Numbered from the stretch's first letter, positions 8,838 to 18,692 are shown. The stretch: 64,000 nucleotides of DNA from Candidatus Kapaibacterium sp. (GCA_963664875.1 OY761611.1:3040001-3104000), one strand, 5' to 3'. Made by a program: numbers and translations. The notes: generated by a model not told the origin, from the sequence alone.

Positions 8838-9698
8838 ATGCAACGTAATGTGAAAGTTTTGATATGGTCGTCCATACTTATCAATGCAGTTTTATTTGCA
8901 TTTAAGTACTTTGCCGGGATTATGGACAATTCCGTAGCGATAATCGCAGATGCTTGGCACTCTCTTTCTGATACGATGACTTCTGTAATAGTCTTGGTAG
9001 GCTTCAAAGTTGCTGCTATGCCACCTGACAAAGAACATCCTTTCGGACATGGAAGAGCTGAGTCAATTGCTGCAATTATGGTTGGTTCTGTATTAGGCAT
9101 GGTGGGGCTAAATTTTGCAATCGAATCCGGTTTGCGTTTGATGACCCAAGAGGTAACATATTACGGCAAGTTTAGTCTGTATGTCATATCGGCGAGTATA
9201 ATCATCAAAGAAGTGTTGGCACAGATTACCATTCGCATGGGTAAAAAGCTGAACTCACAGTCTCTTATTGCAGACGGCTGGCACCACAGGACAGATTCGA
9301 TTTCCTCCGCAATAATTCTTATAGGTGTAATTTTCGGTGGCATCGCTTGGTGGTTCGACGGCGTTGCAGGTTTAGGAGTCAGTATCATGATAATCTATGC
9401 TGCTTATGAAATTATAAAAGATACTATCGGCGGACTTTTAGGAGAAAAAGCTGATGCAAAAATGCTAACCGAAATTATCGAAATATCTGCAGGGATAGAT
9501 GTTAGAATCAGTTCTATCCACAACCTAAAGCTGCACAGTTATGGTGACCACAAGGAATTGAATTTAGACATCAGGCTTCCTGAATCAATGACTGTATTGG
9601 AAGCTCATAATATTGCGGATTCATTAGAGAGAGCAATTCATGACAAATATACTATGAAAGCTACAGTACATATCGAGCCGGGAATTATAAGAGAGTAA
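8838..9698 (+). CDS. Cation diffusion facilitator (FieF-like) transporter
   Basis: ADAWHSLSD, PPDKEHPFGHGRAE, ADGWHHRTD and VHIEP motifs. Confidence 0.92.
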   Translation: MQRNVKVLIWSSILINAVLFAFKYFAGIMDNSVAIIADAWHSLSDTMTSVIVLVGFKVAAMPPDKEHPFGHGRAESIAAIMVGSVLGMVGLNFAIESGLRLMTQEVTYYGKFSLYVISASIIIKEVLAQITIRMGKKLNSQSLIADGWHHRTDSISSAIILIGVIFGGIAWWFDGVAGLGVSIMIIYAAYEIIKDTIGGLLGEKADAKMLTEIIEISAGIDVRISSIHNLKLHSYGDHKELNLDIRLPESMTVLEAHNIADSLERAIHDKYTMKATVHIEPGIIRE

Positions 9699-9903
9699 TT
9701 CCTTTTAAAAAATTGTGATTAAAATAATACTATAACAATGCAAACTTTCCCAAAGCTTCAGATTTATAAATATGAAAGAAAAATCTCATACGATGCCGCT
9801 TAGCAATGTCCTCAGGTAACACTAAAATAATTTTACAAGTTTATGATTATAATTAAGTTGCATATTGTTCGTGTAATGAGCGAAATATTCTTTTTGGAGA
9901 GAA

Positions 9904-10725
9904 ATGGAAAAACTCATTCGCATAGCCCGCGAAAATGCTGAGCCAATCAATTTTCATGTTAGAAGCGGCAAAAAAGATAAAATGCCTTTGGTGATAGTGT
10001 CGCATGGATTCAAAGGATTTAAAGAGTGGGGATTTTTGCCGTATTTGTCAGAGCAGCTTGCCAAAGCAGGTGCTTTGGTATTTACTCAGGATTTTTCCTT
10101 AAACGGCATACTTGACCCGGTAACACGCACTTACGACATAGAAAAATTTTCAAAAAATACTATCTCCGTTGCACTTACAGATTTGCAATGCCTGATTGAA
10201 TATGCAAAACAACATTATAAAGACATATTTTCAGGTGAGGTTTATCTATTTGGTCATTCACTTGGTGGTGGCATTTCTATAGTCGCCGGCAGTAATTTCC
10301 CGGAAGTAACCAAGGTGGCAGTTTGGGGATCTATTTCAATATTCGATCGCTACTCACAACGCCAAAAAGAGATTTGGAAAAAACGTGGTGTGATGGAATT
10401 TAACGACCAAACGACAGGTGAAACATTTAAGATAGATATTTGTTATCTAAATGACTTAGAGGAACACGACACGGAATATGATATTCTGTCATGCATTGAA
10501 AAACTGGGGAAACCTTTGCTAATCCTGCATGGCACGACTGATGTAACAGTCCGGGCAGCAGAGGCAGAAAGAATGTACAATGCTTCAAATAAAAAATTGA
10601 CTAATTTAGTATTACAAGAAAAAACAAATCATACTTTTGGAGTTGTTCATCCGTTTACAGTAACAAATGAGCAGCTCGAAAAAGCAATCAAAATAACTTT
10701 GCAGTTTTTGGGATTAGATGAATAA
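9904..10725 (+). CDS. Alpha/beta hydrolase
   Basis: HGFKGFKEWG, nucleophile motif GHSLGG, LILHGTTD, NHTF. Confidence 0.88.
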   Translation: MEKLIRIARENAEPINFHVRSGKKDKMPLVIVSHGFKGFKEWGFLPYLSEQLAKAGALVFTQDFSLNGILDPVTRTYDIEKFSKNTISVALTDLQCLIEYAKQHYKDIFSGEVYLFGHSLGGGISIVAGSNFPEVTKVAVWGSISIFDRYSQRQKEIWKKRGVMEFNDQTTGETFKIDICYLNDLEEHDTEYDILSCIEKLGKPLLILHGTTDVTVRAAEAERMYNASNKKLTNLVLQEKTNHTFGVVHPFTVTNEQLEKAIKITLQFLGLDE

Positions 10726-11128
10726 AATATTTGTCATATTTACAGTGCTTCTTATTTCCGGTTGCGAAGTATTTGTAATCGGAGCAAAAGAACAAAAGAG
10801 AGAGGTTATTGATTACAATCAAAAAACACCTCTTGGTGCTGTTTATCTATTTAAAACAGAGCTGGACAGCAATAATATCCCTGCAGCAACTCAGATTCTT
10901 GCCAATCCGAAAGGAGAAAAGTATCTCGCCATAGAGCAATATGAGATGTATGACGAGATTGCAAGAATCAACAGACTGATTGCACTGAAGCCTATTACTT
11001 CATACAAGCTCGATACATTGCCTGATAACCAGATGCGAATAAATATCGAACTTGACTACCTGAAGTACATGGGATTTACCACCCGCAAAATAGACGATTA
11101 TTGGTATATTGTCGGGTATATTGAATAA
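10718..11128 (+). CDS. Hypothetical lipoprotein
   Basis: Lipobox LISGC after a hydrophobic stretch; overlaps the stop of the upstream gene. Confidence 0.65.
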   Translation: MNKIFVIFTVLLISGCEVFVIGAKEQKREVIDYNQKTPLGAVYLFKTELDSNNIPAATQILANPKGEKYLAIEQYEMYDEIARINRLIALKPITSYKLDTLPDNQMRINIELDYLKYMGFTTRKIDDYWYIVGYIE

Positions 11129-11157
11129 TTTGCACAGAAACAAGTGAAAGGAAAAGC

Positions 11158-11472
11158 ATGGAAAAAATAAAGAAAGATTTTTTGATTTATACTGCCTTTT
11201 TACTATCTCGAGGCATCATTGTTGCCGGGAAAGTATTGGAAGCCTACAGCGAAGGCGACGTAATCATTTCGCGCGAAGATTTGCACAGGATAAAACAAAT
11301 TGTAGCTTCAGACACTAACTTTGCCGAAGCAGGAGAAAATTTTGTAAAATACCTGAAACATCTGATGGCAAATGAGACAGACCATCTGAAAAGGCACGAT
11401 CTAAAGCTGATGTACGACTTGATTTCAAACTTAAAATCAAACGTAAACTTTTCGCCTATTTCGATGAACTAA
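11158..11472 (+). CDS. Hypothetical protein
   Basis: AAAGGA ribosome-binding site, 104-aa helical-looking ORF, co-directional with the operon. Confidence 0.6.
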   Translation: MEKIKKDFLIYTAFLLSRGIIVAGKVLEAYSEGDVIISREDLHRIKQIVASDTNFAEAGENFVKYLKHLMANETDHLKRHDLKLMYDLISNLKSNVNFSPISMN

Positions 11473-11561
11473 AAAAATCTTACAACTTTGTTTGAACCAT
11501 ATCTTGTGCGATGTGTATAAGATATTGAAAGTGCAAAGCAAACCTTGAATAGAAAACATGG

Positions 11562-11606
11562 AAAGACTACCCACGGGTTAAACAGAACCGGGTAGTCTTT
11601 TTTTTT
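11562..11606 (+). terminator. Intrinsic terminator
   Basis: AAAGACTACCC...GGGTAGTC stem followed by a run of T. Confidence 0.8.
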
Positions 11607-11837
11607 AAGTAGATTCGAAATTATTTACCTCTTCGTATATGAATGCATTTGTTTGATACAAATTAGTAAAACATCTCTTTTCATAAAATTCTATTATAAA
11701 AAATAATCACTATATTATAAAATATGGGAAGATAATATTTGATAATTTTATATTATTATTTTATATTGTAGAAAATATTAAATCATTTTATTAAACAGGA
11801 TGTAAATTGACATCTATTGACTTCTTGGAGTGTTTTT

Positions 11838-12395
11838 ATGAAATTCATGATCTCTTTAGTTCTTATTATTCTTGTTGTGTTTAAGTTAGCAAATGCTCAG
11901 GACAATCGACAATCTCCAGCCGGAAACGATGATATCCTAGCTGTCCAGATGCTTATCAAAGATGACGTGGATAGAAATTATTTTGAAATCGTTCGCCTTG
12001 CAAGTAACTTAACTCCTGCACAAAAATCATTTATTTTTATGCAATACGAAAAATCCGGGGGTGTGCCATTTGTTCTTAATCTATTGGTAGGTTTAGGTAT
12101 TGGATCTTGGGTACAAGGTGATGTTGGTGGTGGACTGCTCGGCACCATAGGTGGATTAGGCGGATTTGCATTGATGCAGTCTGATGGTAGTACTGTGCAA
12201 CTGGGAGCATTGATATTTTTGAGTTCTTATGTTATAGATTTGATTCTACCATGGACTTACTCTTCAAGATACAATTCGAAACTTAGAAATGCACTGTCTC
12301 GCTCTTACTATGGTTCTATTAATTTTGCCCCAAGTTTTGGAGTAACCTCAACAAACAATGCTTTTGCAGGAGTCTCTGTTTCTTTGAGTTTCTAA
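11838..12395 (+). CDS. P13-porin-like membrane protein
   Basis: Signal peptide; YEK..PFVLNLLVGLGIGSWVQGD.GGG resembles the Borrelia P13 family motif; C-terminal Phe. Confidence 0.6.
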   Translation: MKFMISLVLIILVVFKLANAQDNRQSPAGNDDILAVQMLIKDDVDRNYFEIVRLASNLTPAQKSFIFMQYEKSGGVPFVLNLLVGLGIGSWVQGDVGGGLLGTIGGLGGFALMQSDGSTVQLGALIFLSSYVIDLILPWTYSSRYNSKLRNALSRSYYGSINFAPSFGVTSTNNAFAGVSVSLSF

Positions 12396-12478
12396 TTTTG
12401 CGAATAAGTCCTCGAAAAAAAAACATGTCAATGTAGAGTGTAAGTGTTTTTGATGGCTTTTCAAAAATAAAATATACC

Positions 12479-12521
12479 AAAAAAAACTCCCGGCAGCTAC
12501 TTCAGAACTACCGGGAGTTTT
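12479..12521. terminator. Bidirectional terminator after ccoP
   Basis: AAAACTCCCGG...CCGGGAGTTTT inverted repeat with A and T tails. Confidence 0.8.
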
Positions 12522-12543
12522 ACTTATCTAATAACCTATTTTT

Positions 12544-13119
12544 TTAGTAATCGAATTTTTCACCTTGTGGTGCTTTAGGATTTGCAGGGTTTGTGCCGTG
12601 CAATGTTAGTATATAGCTTGCAACCTGCTCTATTTCTTCTTTTGACATCAAAGTTTTCCAAGAAATCATACCTTTGGAAGGTACACCCTGATGAATAACT
12701 TTAACTACATCAACCATTCTGTTGCCGTGTATCCAATAATCATCAGTAAGGTTAGGTCCTACCATACCTTCACCAGCCTGCCCATGGCAAGCAGCACATT
12801 TTTCGATAAATATTTTTTTGCCGCTACCTAAGCTGGCATCATCTGCAAGAGCTAACATATTTTCCTCAAACTCAGGGCCTTTGCCTGCATTAGCCGCAAG
12901 TAACTCAGCCTGCTTTTGTTCGAACTCTTTGTATTCCAATGCAAGCTCTTCTGACTGTGAAGCACCGATACCTGCAACATGGTAATACATCAGGTATGCA
13001 CCGGACCAGATAACACAAATAATAAAAAGAGCTACCCACCAAGGCGGTAGGGGATTGTCATATTCCAATATACCATCATAATTATGATCTAACAGCTTAT
13101 CTTCAGGTTCTTTAGCCAT
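12544..13119 (-). CDS. ccoP: cbb3-type cytochrome c oxidase subunit III (monoheme)
   Basis: DHNYDGILEYDNPLPPWW N-terminus, CAACH heme motif, GPNLTDDYWIHG. Confidence 0.93.
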   Translation of the reverse strand: MAKEPEDKLLDHNYDGILEYDNPLPPWWVALFIICVIWSGAYLMYYHVAGIGASQSEELALEYKEFEQKQAELLAANAGKGPEFEENMLALADDASLGSGKKIFIEKCAACHGQAGEGMVGPNLTDDYWIHGNRMVDVVKVIHQGVPSKGMISWKTLMSKEEIEQVASYILTLHGTNPANPKAPQGEKFDY

Positions 13120-13312
13120 TTTGCTCTCCGTTATTAGTTAATACGGCATATTCTGATTTCTCCAAAGGAAGGTTTGCAACCTCATTAATATACTTTTTGT
13201 CCAATTTTACTACTATCCATGTTAGCCCAACAAAGAAAGCTACAAATAGAATCAGTGTAAAAATCGGAAAAAGATGTATATACTGCACATTGTCTAATAA
13301 ATGCTTAAACAT
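13112..13312 (-). CDS. ccoQ: cbb3-type cytochrome c oxidase subunit IV
   Basis: Small single-transmembrane protein ending in ..NLPLE, located between ccoNO and ccoP. Confidence 0.8.
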   Translation of the reverse strand: MFKHLLDNVQYIHLFPIFTLILFVAFFVGLTWIVVKLDKKYINEVANLPLEKSEYAVLTNNGEQNG

Positions 13313-13319
13313 AGTTCTG

Positions 13320-15467
13320 TTACTCCTTCACTTTGATATCAGTACCTAATCTCTGCAGGTAAGCGATAAGAGCCACTAACTGCTTATCTTTATCAATATT
13401 GATATTTGATTGTTTAAGTTCATCTACTATTTGCTGAGCTTGTTTCATCAAATCTTCGTTTGCTATCTTATCATAGTCTTTCGGATACGGTACACCAAGA
13501 GCAATCATAGCACCGATTTTGTTATCCGTCATGTCAAGGTCTATAGATTTTTCGGCTAACCAAGGATAGCGCGGCATCAATGACCCCGGAGACATTTTAG
13601 ATGGTTCAATCATGTGATAATAATGCCATGAGTGAGGGTATTTGCCGCCGACCCTGTGCAAATCAGGGCCTGTACGTTTAGAGCCCCATTGGAAAGGTCT
13701 GTCATAGATAAATTCTCCGGCTTTAGAATACTCTCCGTACCTCTCGACTTCGGAGCGGAAAGGACGCACCAACTGGGAGTGACAAGTATAGCAACCTTCG
13801 CTCACATAAATATCTCTGCCGTGTAGTTCCAGTGGAGTGTATGGCTTAACATTTGTGATTGTAGGAACGTTTGATTCAATCAAATACATAGGGACAATCT
13901 CGAATGCACCACCTACAAAAATCACGACAAATGTAGCTATGAACATAGGTACAGGTTTTCTTTCGAGCCATCTGTGTTTAAGCCCGCTTTTACTTTTGTA
14001 TTCAGCGGCAAGCGGAGCGGCTTTTGCTTCTGTATTAGCTTCGAAGCTGCCTGATTTAACTGTTTTGTAGATGTTAACACCCATCAAAACAACACCAAAT
14101 AAGTACAAAGCTCCGCCGAGTGAACGCATAACATACATTGGCACAAGCTGAAGCACTGTTTCAAGGAAGTTTGGATATTGCAACATACCGTCTGCTGTGA
14201 ATTGTTTCCACATTAGACCTTGAGTTACGCCAGCCCAATAAAGCGGTGCAGCATAAAGTATGATACCCATAAATCCAATCCAGAAGTGTGCGTTTGCTAA
14301 CTTCTTAGACCATAAATCTGTTTTATAAAGTTTAGGGATTAACCAATATAAAATACCGAATGTCAAAAATCCATTCCAACCCAAAGCACCTACGTGTACG
14401 TGTGAGATAGTCCAGTCGGTAAAGTGGGAAAGTGCATTTATAGACTTGATAGAAAGCATTGGTCCTTCAAATGTAGCCATACCATAAGCAGTAATTGCTA
14501 CAACCATAAATTTTAGGATAGGATCCTCTCTTACTTTATCCCAGGCACCTCTCAAAGTCAATAGTCCATTAAGCATACCACCCCAGGAAGGAGCAATAAG
14601 CATCACGGAGAAGACAGTACCGAGCGATTGAGCCCAATCCGGCAACGAAGAATAAAGAAGATGGTGAGGTCCTGCCCAAATATATAGGAATATCAGAGAC
14701 CAAAAGTGAATAATCGAAAGTTTATAAGAGTAAACCGGTCTGTCAGCAGCTTTTGGCAAATAATAGTACATAAGTCCCAGATAAGGAGTCGTAAGGAAAA
14801 ACGCAACAGCATTGTGTCCATACCACCATTGCACCAAGGCATCCTGTACACCTGCATAAACCGGATAAGAATGGAACCAGTCATAAGGCAATTCGAGCGA
14901 GTTGAATACGTGGAGTACCGTTACAGTAATCCATGATGCAATGTAGAACCAAATAGCCACATACATATGTCTTTCGCGTCGTTTGATTAGCGTCATCAAT
15001 AAGTTGATACCAAATACAACCCACACAACAGCTATTGCTAGGTCGATTGGCCATTCCAACTCGGCATATTCTTTGGATTGAGTGATGCCAAGAGGAAGAG
15101 TAATTGCCGCAGCGACAATGATACTTTGCCAGCCCCAAAAATGGAACCAGCTCATAAAGTCGTTATACATACGGGCTTTGGTAAGCCTTTGTAGTGAATG
15201 ATATACGCCCATAAAGATACAGTTACCTACAAAAGCAAAGATAACCGCATTAGTATGAAGTGGACGCAATCTGCTGAAAGTAATATACTCGATACCTAAA
15301 TCGAGAGAAGGAAAATACGCAGGAACGTATAACTGGAATGCGATAATGAGACCGACAAGCATGCCCACCAAGCCCCACAAGATAGTAGCCCAACCAAATG
15401 CTCTGACTATCCTATTATCGTAGTAAAACGTTTCCAGGTTTTGTGTTTGAGTAACATTTTCACTCAT
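13320..15467 (-). CDS. ccoN: cbb3-type cytochrome c oxidase fused subunits I/II (CcoN-CcoO)
   Basis: RLRPLHTNAVIF, QWWYGHNAV, WAGPHHL and HVHVG heme-copper motifs, followed by CcoO motifs EGCYTCHSQ and WGSKRTGPDL. Confidence 0.96.
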   Translation of the reverse strand: MSENVTQTQNLETFYYDNRIVRAFGWATILWGLVGMLVGLIIAFQLYVPAYFPSLDLGIEYITFSRLRPLHTNAVIFAFVGNCIFMGVYHSLQRLTKARMYNDFMSWFHFWGWQSIIVAAAITLPLGITQSKEYAELEWPIDLAIAVVWVVFGINLLMTLIKRRERHMYVAIWFYIASWITVTVLHVFNSLELPYDWFHSYPVYAGVQDALVQWWYGHNAVAFFLTTPYLGLMYYYLPKAADRPVYSYKLSIIHFWSLIFLYIWAGPHHLLYSSLPDWAQSLGTVFSVMLIAPSWGGMLNGLLTLRGAWDKVREDPILKFMVVAITAYGMATFEGPMLSIKSINALSHFTDWTISHVHVGALGWNGFLTFGILYWLIPKLYKTDLWSKKLANAHFWIGFMGIILYAAPLYWAGVTQGLMWKQFTADGMLQYPNFLETVLQLVPMYVMRSLGGALYLFGVVLMGVNIYKTVKSGSFEANTEAKAAPLAAEYKSKSGLKHRWLERKPVPMFIATFVVIFVGGAFEIVPMYLIESNVPTITNVKPYTPLELHGRDIYVSEGCYTCHSQLVRPFRSEVERYGEYSKAGEFIYDRPFQWGSKRTGPDLHRVGGKYPHSWHYYHMIEPSKMSPGSLMPRYPWLAEKSIDLDMTDNKIGAMIALGVPYPKDYDKIANEDLMKQAQQIVDELKQSNINIDKDKQLVALIAYLQRLGTDIKVKE

Positions 15468-15500
15468 AAAAACAACCCTAATTTTATATTTAATATGTAT

Positions 15501-15650
15501 CTATTTCTCGTCTCTTTCTTCGTTGAGTATTCTCAAAGAAGGAGTAAAAGTATCTTCAAACTGCCCAGATTTGGAAGCCCATATAAAAGCAGCCAAAAAC
15601 GAAACAGCTATGGCGATACTGACCAATATGAGAACAATAATAACTGACAT
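15501..15650 (-). CDS. ccoS: cbb3-type oxidase assembly protein CcoS (absent from ORF track)
   Basis: Hand translation MSVIIVLILVSIAIAVSFLAAFIWASKSGQFEDTFTPSLRILNEERDEK contains the W...SGQFED..P..RIL motif and lies directly upstream of ccoN. Confidence 0.92.
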   Translation of the reverse strand: MSVIIVLILVSIAIAVSFLAAFIWASKSGQFEDTFTPSLRILNEERDEK

Positions 15651-16185
15651 ATTTATATTTAAGCCTTGCTAATCTATAAAATTTATATAATAGAGAAAAT
15701 TATTTTAGATGCCAATTGCCTAAGAATTTTAGTCTAAGAAATTGACAAAATTTACAATCACACACATTCATTGCTAACTCAGAAGCATAAACTCTTATAT
15801 TGTGCAATTTGAAACATTAACTTCAATTTTTGCGTAATGTAGTTAGAAATAAGCTTTATAATCCAAACATCGCATAAAGTCCTATTTATATTCACTACTT
15901 TATAGATTACAATCACAACTATGCTTATTTATAGTAGTTATGGAATCTTTTGGAATAGATAAATATTCTATTCCCGGAATACTTTTTATGCTCAAGGGCA
16001 ATTGAGTAAAACACGCTGATTTTACTTGTTTGTCCTCAAAACTAATGTTTTATTGTAAAGCTCTGAATTTTGTGAGAACAGGTAATTTAATACTTTGCTC
16101 TTGCTTGTTAATTTCCTCTTACTTCAATTTTTTAATAGACTACAAAAGCCTATTTTTCTTGTTAAGAAATTATAATCTTAATAAA

Positions 16186-18630
16186 TTATAATTTTAATCT
16201 CTTTGCGTCGAAGATACTTTTACCTACAGTAAAAGCAACTACTGAAACAGAGCTAACAGGCATAAGTATAGCTGCTACAACCGGGCTTAGGTTAGCCGAC
16301 AAGGCAAATGACAAACCTACGATGTTATATAGTATTGATATACCATAACTTAGATAAACTGTTTTCAAACTTTTTCGAGACAATTCATAAAATTTATCAA
16401 GTTTTTCCAAATTATCTGCGTTGAGTATCGCATCTGATTCGGGAGTAAATGAAGATGTGTTTTCCGTAACGGCTATGCCTAAATCAGCAATTTTTAAAGC
16501 ACCGGCATCGTTAAGTCCATCTCCAATCATGATTACTTTTTTGTTACTCTGTTTGAGAGAATCTATATAATTGTACTTGTCATCGGGAAGGTAATTGAAG
16601 AGCATTTCTGATTTTGGAGGCAAAATTCTTTCTAATCTTTCTCTGTCTTTGTCATTATCTCCGGAGACAACGCTAATATCTAATTTCTCAGAAAAATTAG
16701 AAAGTGATTTGGCTATACCCTCTCTGTATTCCGGCACTACAGCAAAGTAGCCGGCAATTTTGCTGTTAAGCGAAATATACACTTGAGTTTCGTTAGAAAT
16801 ATCACTATGTTCATAGCTATATTGATTTCGATTAGTTGCAGTTTTAAACAGCCACGAAAGTTTCCCGATTTTAATGGTATTACCCATATACTCAGCTTCT
16901 ATACCTAATCCGGGTATTTCTTCATAGTTCTGTATTTCAAGGTTTTCTACTTCTTTTAGCTTCATATTTATCATTCTTGAAAGAGGATGGGTTGAGCTTT
17001 TAGTGGCAGCTTTGATAAGTTCCAAATCAGTCTTTGAAAGATTATCTCCATAAAATACTATATCTCCGCCTTCCAGCTTCGTTAGTGTACCCGTTTTGTC
17101 TAATACAAGATGGTTCCCATAGGCAAGCTTCTCAACGATTTTGTCATTTTTCAAAAAGAAGCCGTGTCTGCCAAATATTCTCATTATTGTGCCATAGGTA
17201 AATGGTATCGTAAGAGCTAGTGCACAAGGACAAGCTATAATTAGAACGGCAGTCAATACATCAAGTGCATGAGGCAAACTAAACGGCAACCAACCCAAAA
17301 AGCCTACACTTGCTATAATCACAATCAGAATAGTAAAGTATTTGCCTGCCCAATCTGAAATTGACGAGATGTATCTGTCATTATCATGTTTCGATATCTT
17401 ATTATTCCAAAGTTCAGTGAGGTAACTCTGCTTAAATTCTTTAGTAACTGCTACTTTTATCGCAGCACCTTTTTGTTTGCCACCAGCATAAATTTTATCA
17501 CCGGCAGCCATTCTTACCGGAGTTGATTCTCCGGTAACGAAGCTATAATCTATCATCGCTTCGCCATCTAAAAGTACACTGTCCGCCGGAATAATTTCGT
17601 TGTTTCTTATAAGTAATAAATCACCTTCAACCACATTTTTGACAGGAATATGCTCCTCTCTGTCTGCATTAATTCGTACAACAGAGAGAGGGAAATATGA
17701 TTTAAAGTCTCTATTGAAAGAGAGGGAGTGGTAAGTTTTCTGTTGAAAAACTTTGCCTATCAAAAGAAAAAACACAAGTCCGCTCATGGAATCAAAGAAT
17801 CCCGAACCGGTGTCGGTAAGTATTTCGATTAGAGATCTGATAAATAGTACAAGAATGCCGAGGCTGATAGGCACATCTATGTTCAGATTCCTTAGTTTCA
17901 CACTGTTATATGCAGATTTGAAATAATCAGTAGCTGCGTACAAAACAGGAATACCAAGAGCAATATTTAGCCAACCGATAAAGTTTTTGATATTTAACTC
18001 GAAATACCCACCGGAAAAGTATTCCGGGAAAGACAGCAGCATGATATTGCCAAAGCTAAAGCCTGCCACAGCAAGTTTGATAAATAATGACTTGTTATGA
18101 TTTTGCTGTTTAGGGGCATCTATATCAGCCAAATTGAGCTGAGGTCTATAGCCGATTGATGTTAGAAGCTCAACAATTTTTCTGATTGATGTAGCTTCCT
18201 GAGAAAAGACTATAGAGATTTCTTTTTTGAGGAAATTGACTTTAGATTCGATAATTCCTTTGTCTAATCGGAACAGATTTTCTAAAATCCAAATGCAGGC
18301 ACTGCAATAAACTTCAGGAACATAAAGGATTATTTTTCCGTTGCCGTTGATGGAATATTTGAGAAGTTTCTCTATTATTTCAGGATCATCTAAAAACTCA
18401 AATTCGTTTTTGCCAACTACTTTTGGAGTTATGCCCTGCTCTTTTGACATATCATAAAAGTCCTGCATCCCATTTTCATGCAACAAATCATAAACGAAAA
18501 GGCAACCGGTGCAGCAAAAATAGTTTCCGTTTTTTTCAACTGTATCATCTGGGCAAATTTCGCCGCAATGAGCACAAATCAGCTCTTCCTTTGTGTTGTT
18601 CTCCAAGCCTTCTGCTTTGCCGGTGTCCAT
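16186..18630 (-). CDS. ccoI: Heavy-metal (Cu) P1B-type ATPase, CcoI/FixI type
   Basis: N-terminal CAHC/FCCTGC, YCSAC, TGES, ACPCAL, DKTGTLT and GDGLNDA motifs; adjacent to the cco genes. Confidence 0.9.
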   Translation of the reverse strand: MDTGKAEGLENNTKEELICAHCGEICPDDTVEKNGNYFCCTGCLFVYDLLHENGMQDFYDMSKEQGITPKVVGKNEFEFLDDPEIIEKLLKYSINGNGKIILYVPEVYCSACIWILENLFRLDKGIIESKVNFLKKEISIVFSQEATSIRKIVELLTSIGYRPQLNLADIDAPKQQNHNKSLFIKLAVAGFSFGNIMLLSFPEYFSGGYFELNIKNFIGWLNIALGIPVLYAATDYFKSAYNSVKLRNLNIDVPISLGILVLFIRSLIEILTDTGSGFFDSMSGLVFFLLIGKVFQQKTYHSLSFNRDFKSYFPLSVVRINADREEHIPVKNVVEGDLLLIRNNEIIPADSVLLDGEAMIDYSFVTGESTPVRMAAGDKIYAGGKQKGAAIKVAVTKEFKQSYLTELWNNKISKHDNDRYISSISDWAGKYFTILIVIIASVGFLGWLPFSLPHALDVLTAVLIIACPCALALTIPFTYGTIMRIFGRHGFFLKNDKIVEKLAYGNHLVLDKTGTLTKLEGGDIVFYGDNLSKTDLELIKAATKSSTHPLSRMINMKLKEVENLEIQNYEEIPGLGIEAEYMGNTIKIGKLSWLFKTATNRNQYSYEHSDISNETQVYISLNSKIAGYFAVVPEYREGIAKSLSNFSEKLDISVVSGDNDKDRERLERILPPKSEMLFNYLPDDKYNYIDSLKQSNKKVIMIGDGLNDAGALKIADLGIAVTENTSSFTPESDAILNADNLEKLDKFYELSRKSLKTVYLSYGISILYNIVGLSFALSANLSPVVAAILMPVSSVSVVAFTVGKSIFDAKRLKL

Positions 18631-18672
18631 AAAAAAAGTCCCATAAAAGTATTATATGCAGTTATGGGACTT
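18631..18672 (-). terminator. Hairpin with U-tract between glmM and ccoI
   Basis: Perfect 11-bp inverted repeat AAGTCCCATAA/TTATGGGACTT followed, on the minus strand, by a T-run and then the ccoI ATG. Confidence 0.6.
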
Positions 18673-18692
18673 CGGACGAATAATATATGTAT

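Noticed and set aside
11530-11600. GCAAACC...GAAA resembling a c-di-GMP-I riboswitch
   Set aside because: The GGGACGCAAAGC core and P2 elements are missing. Kept only as a generic sRNA candidate.
15441-15647. 68-aa plus-strand ORF
   Set aside because: It is the antisense shadow of ccoS on the minus strand.
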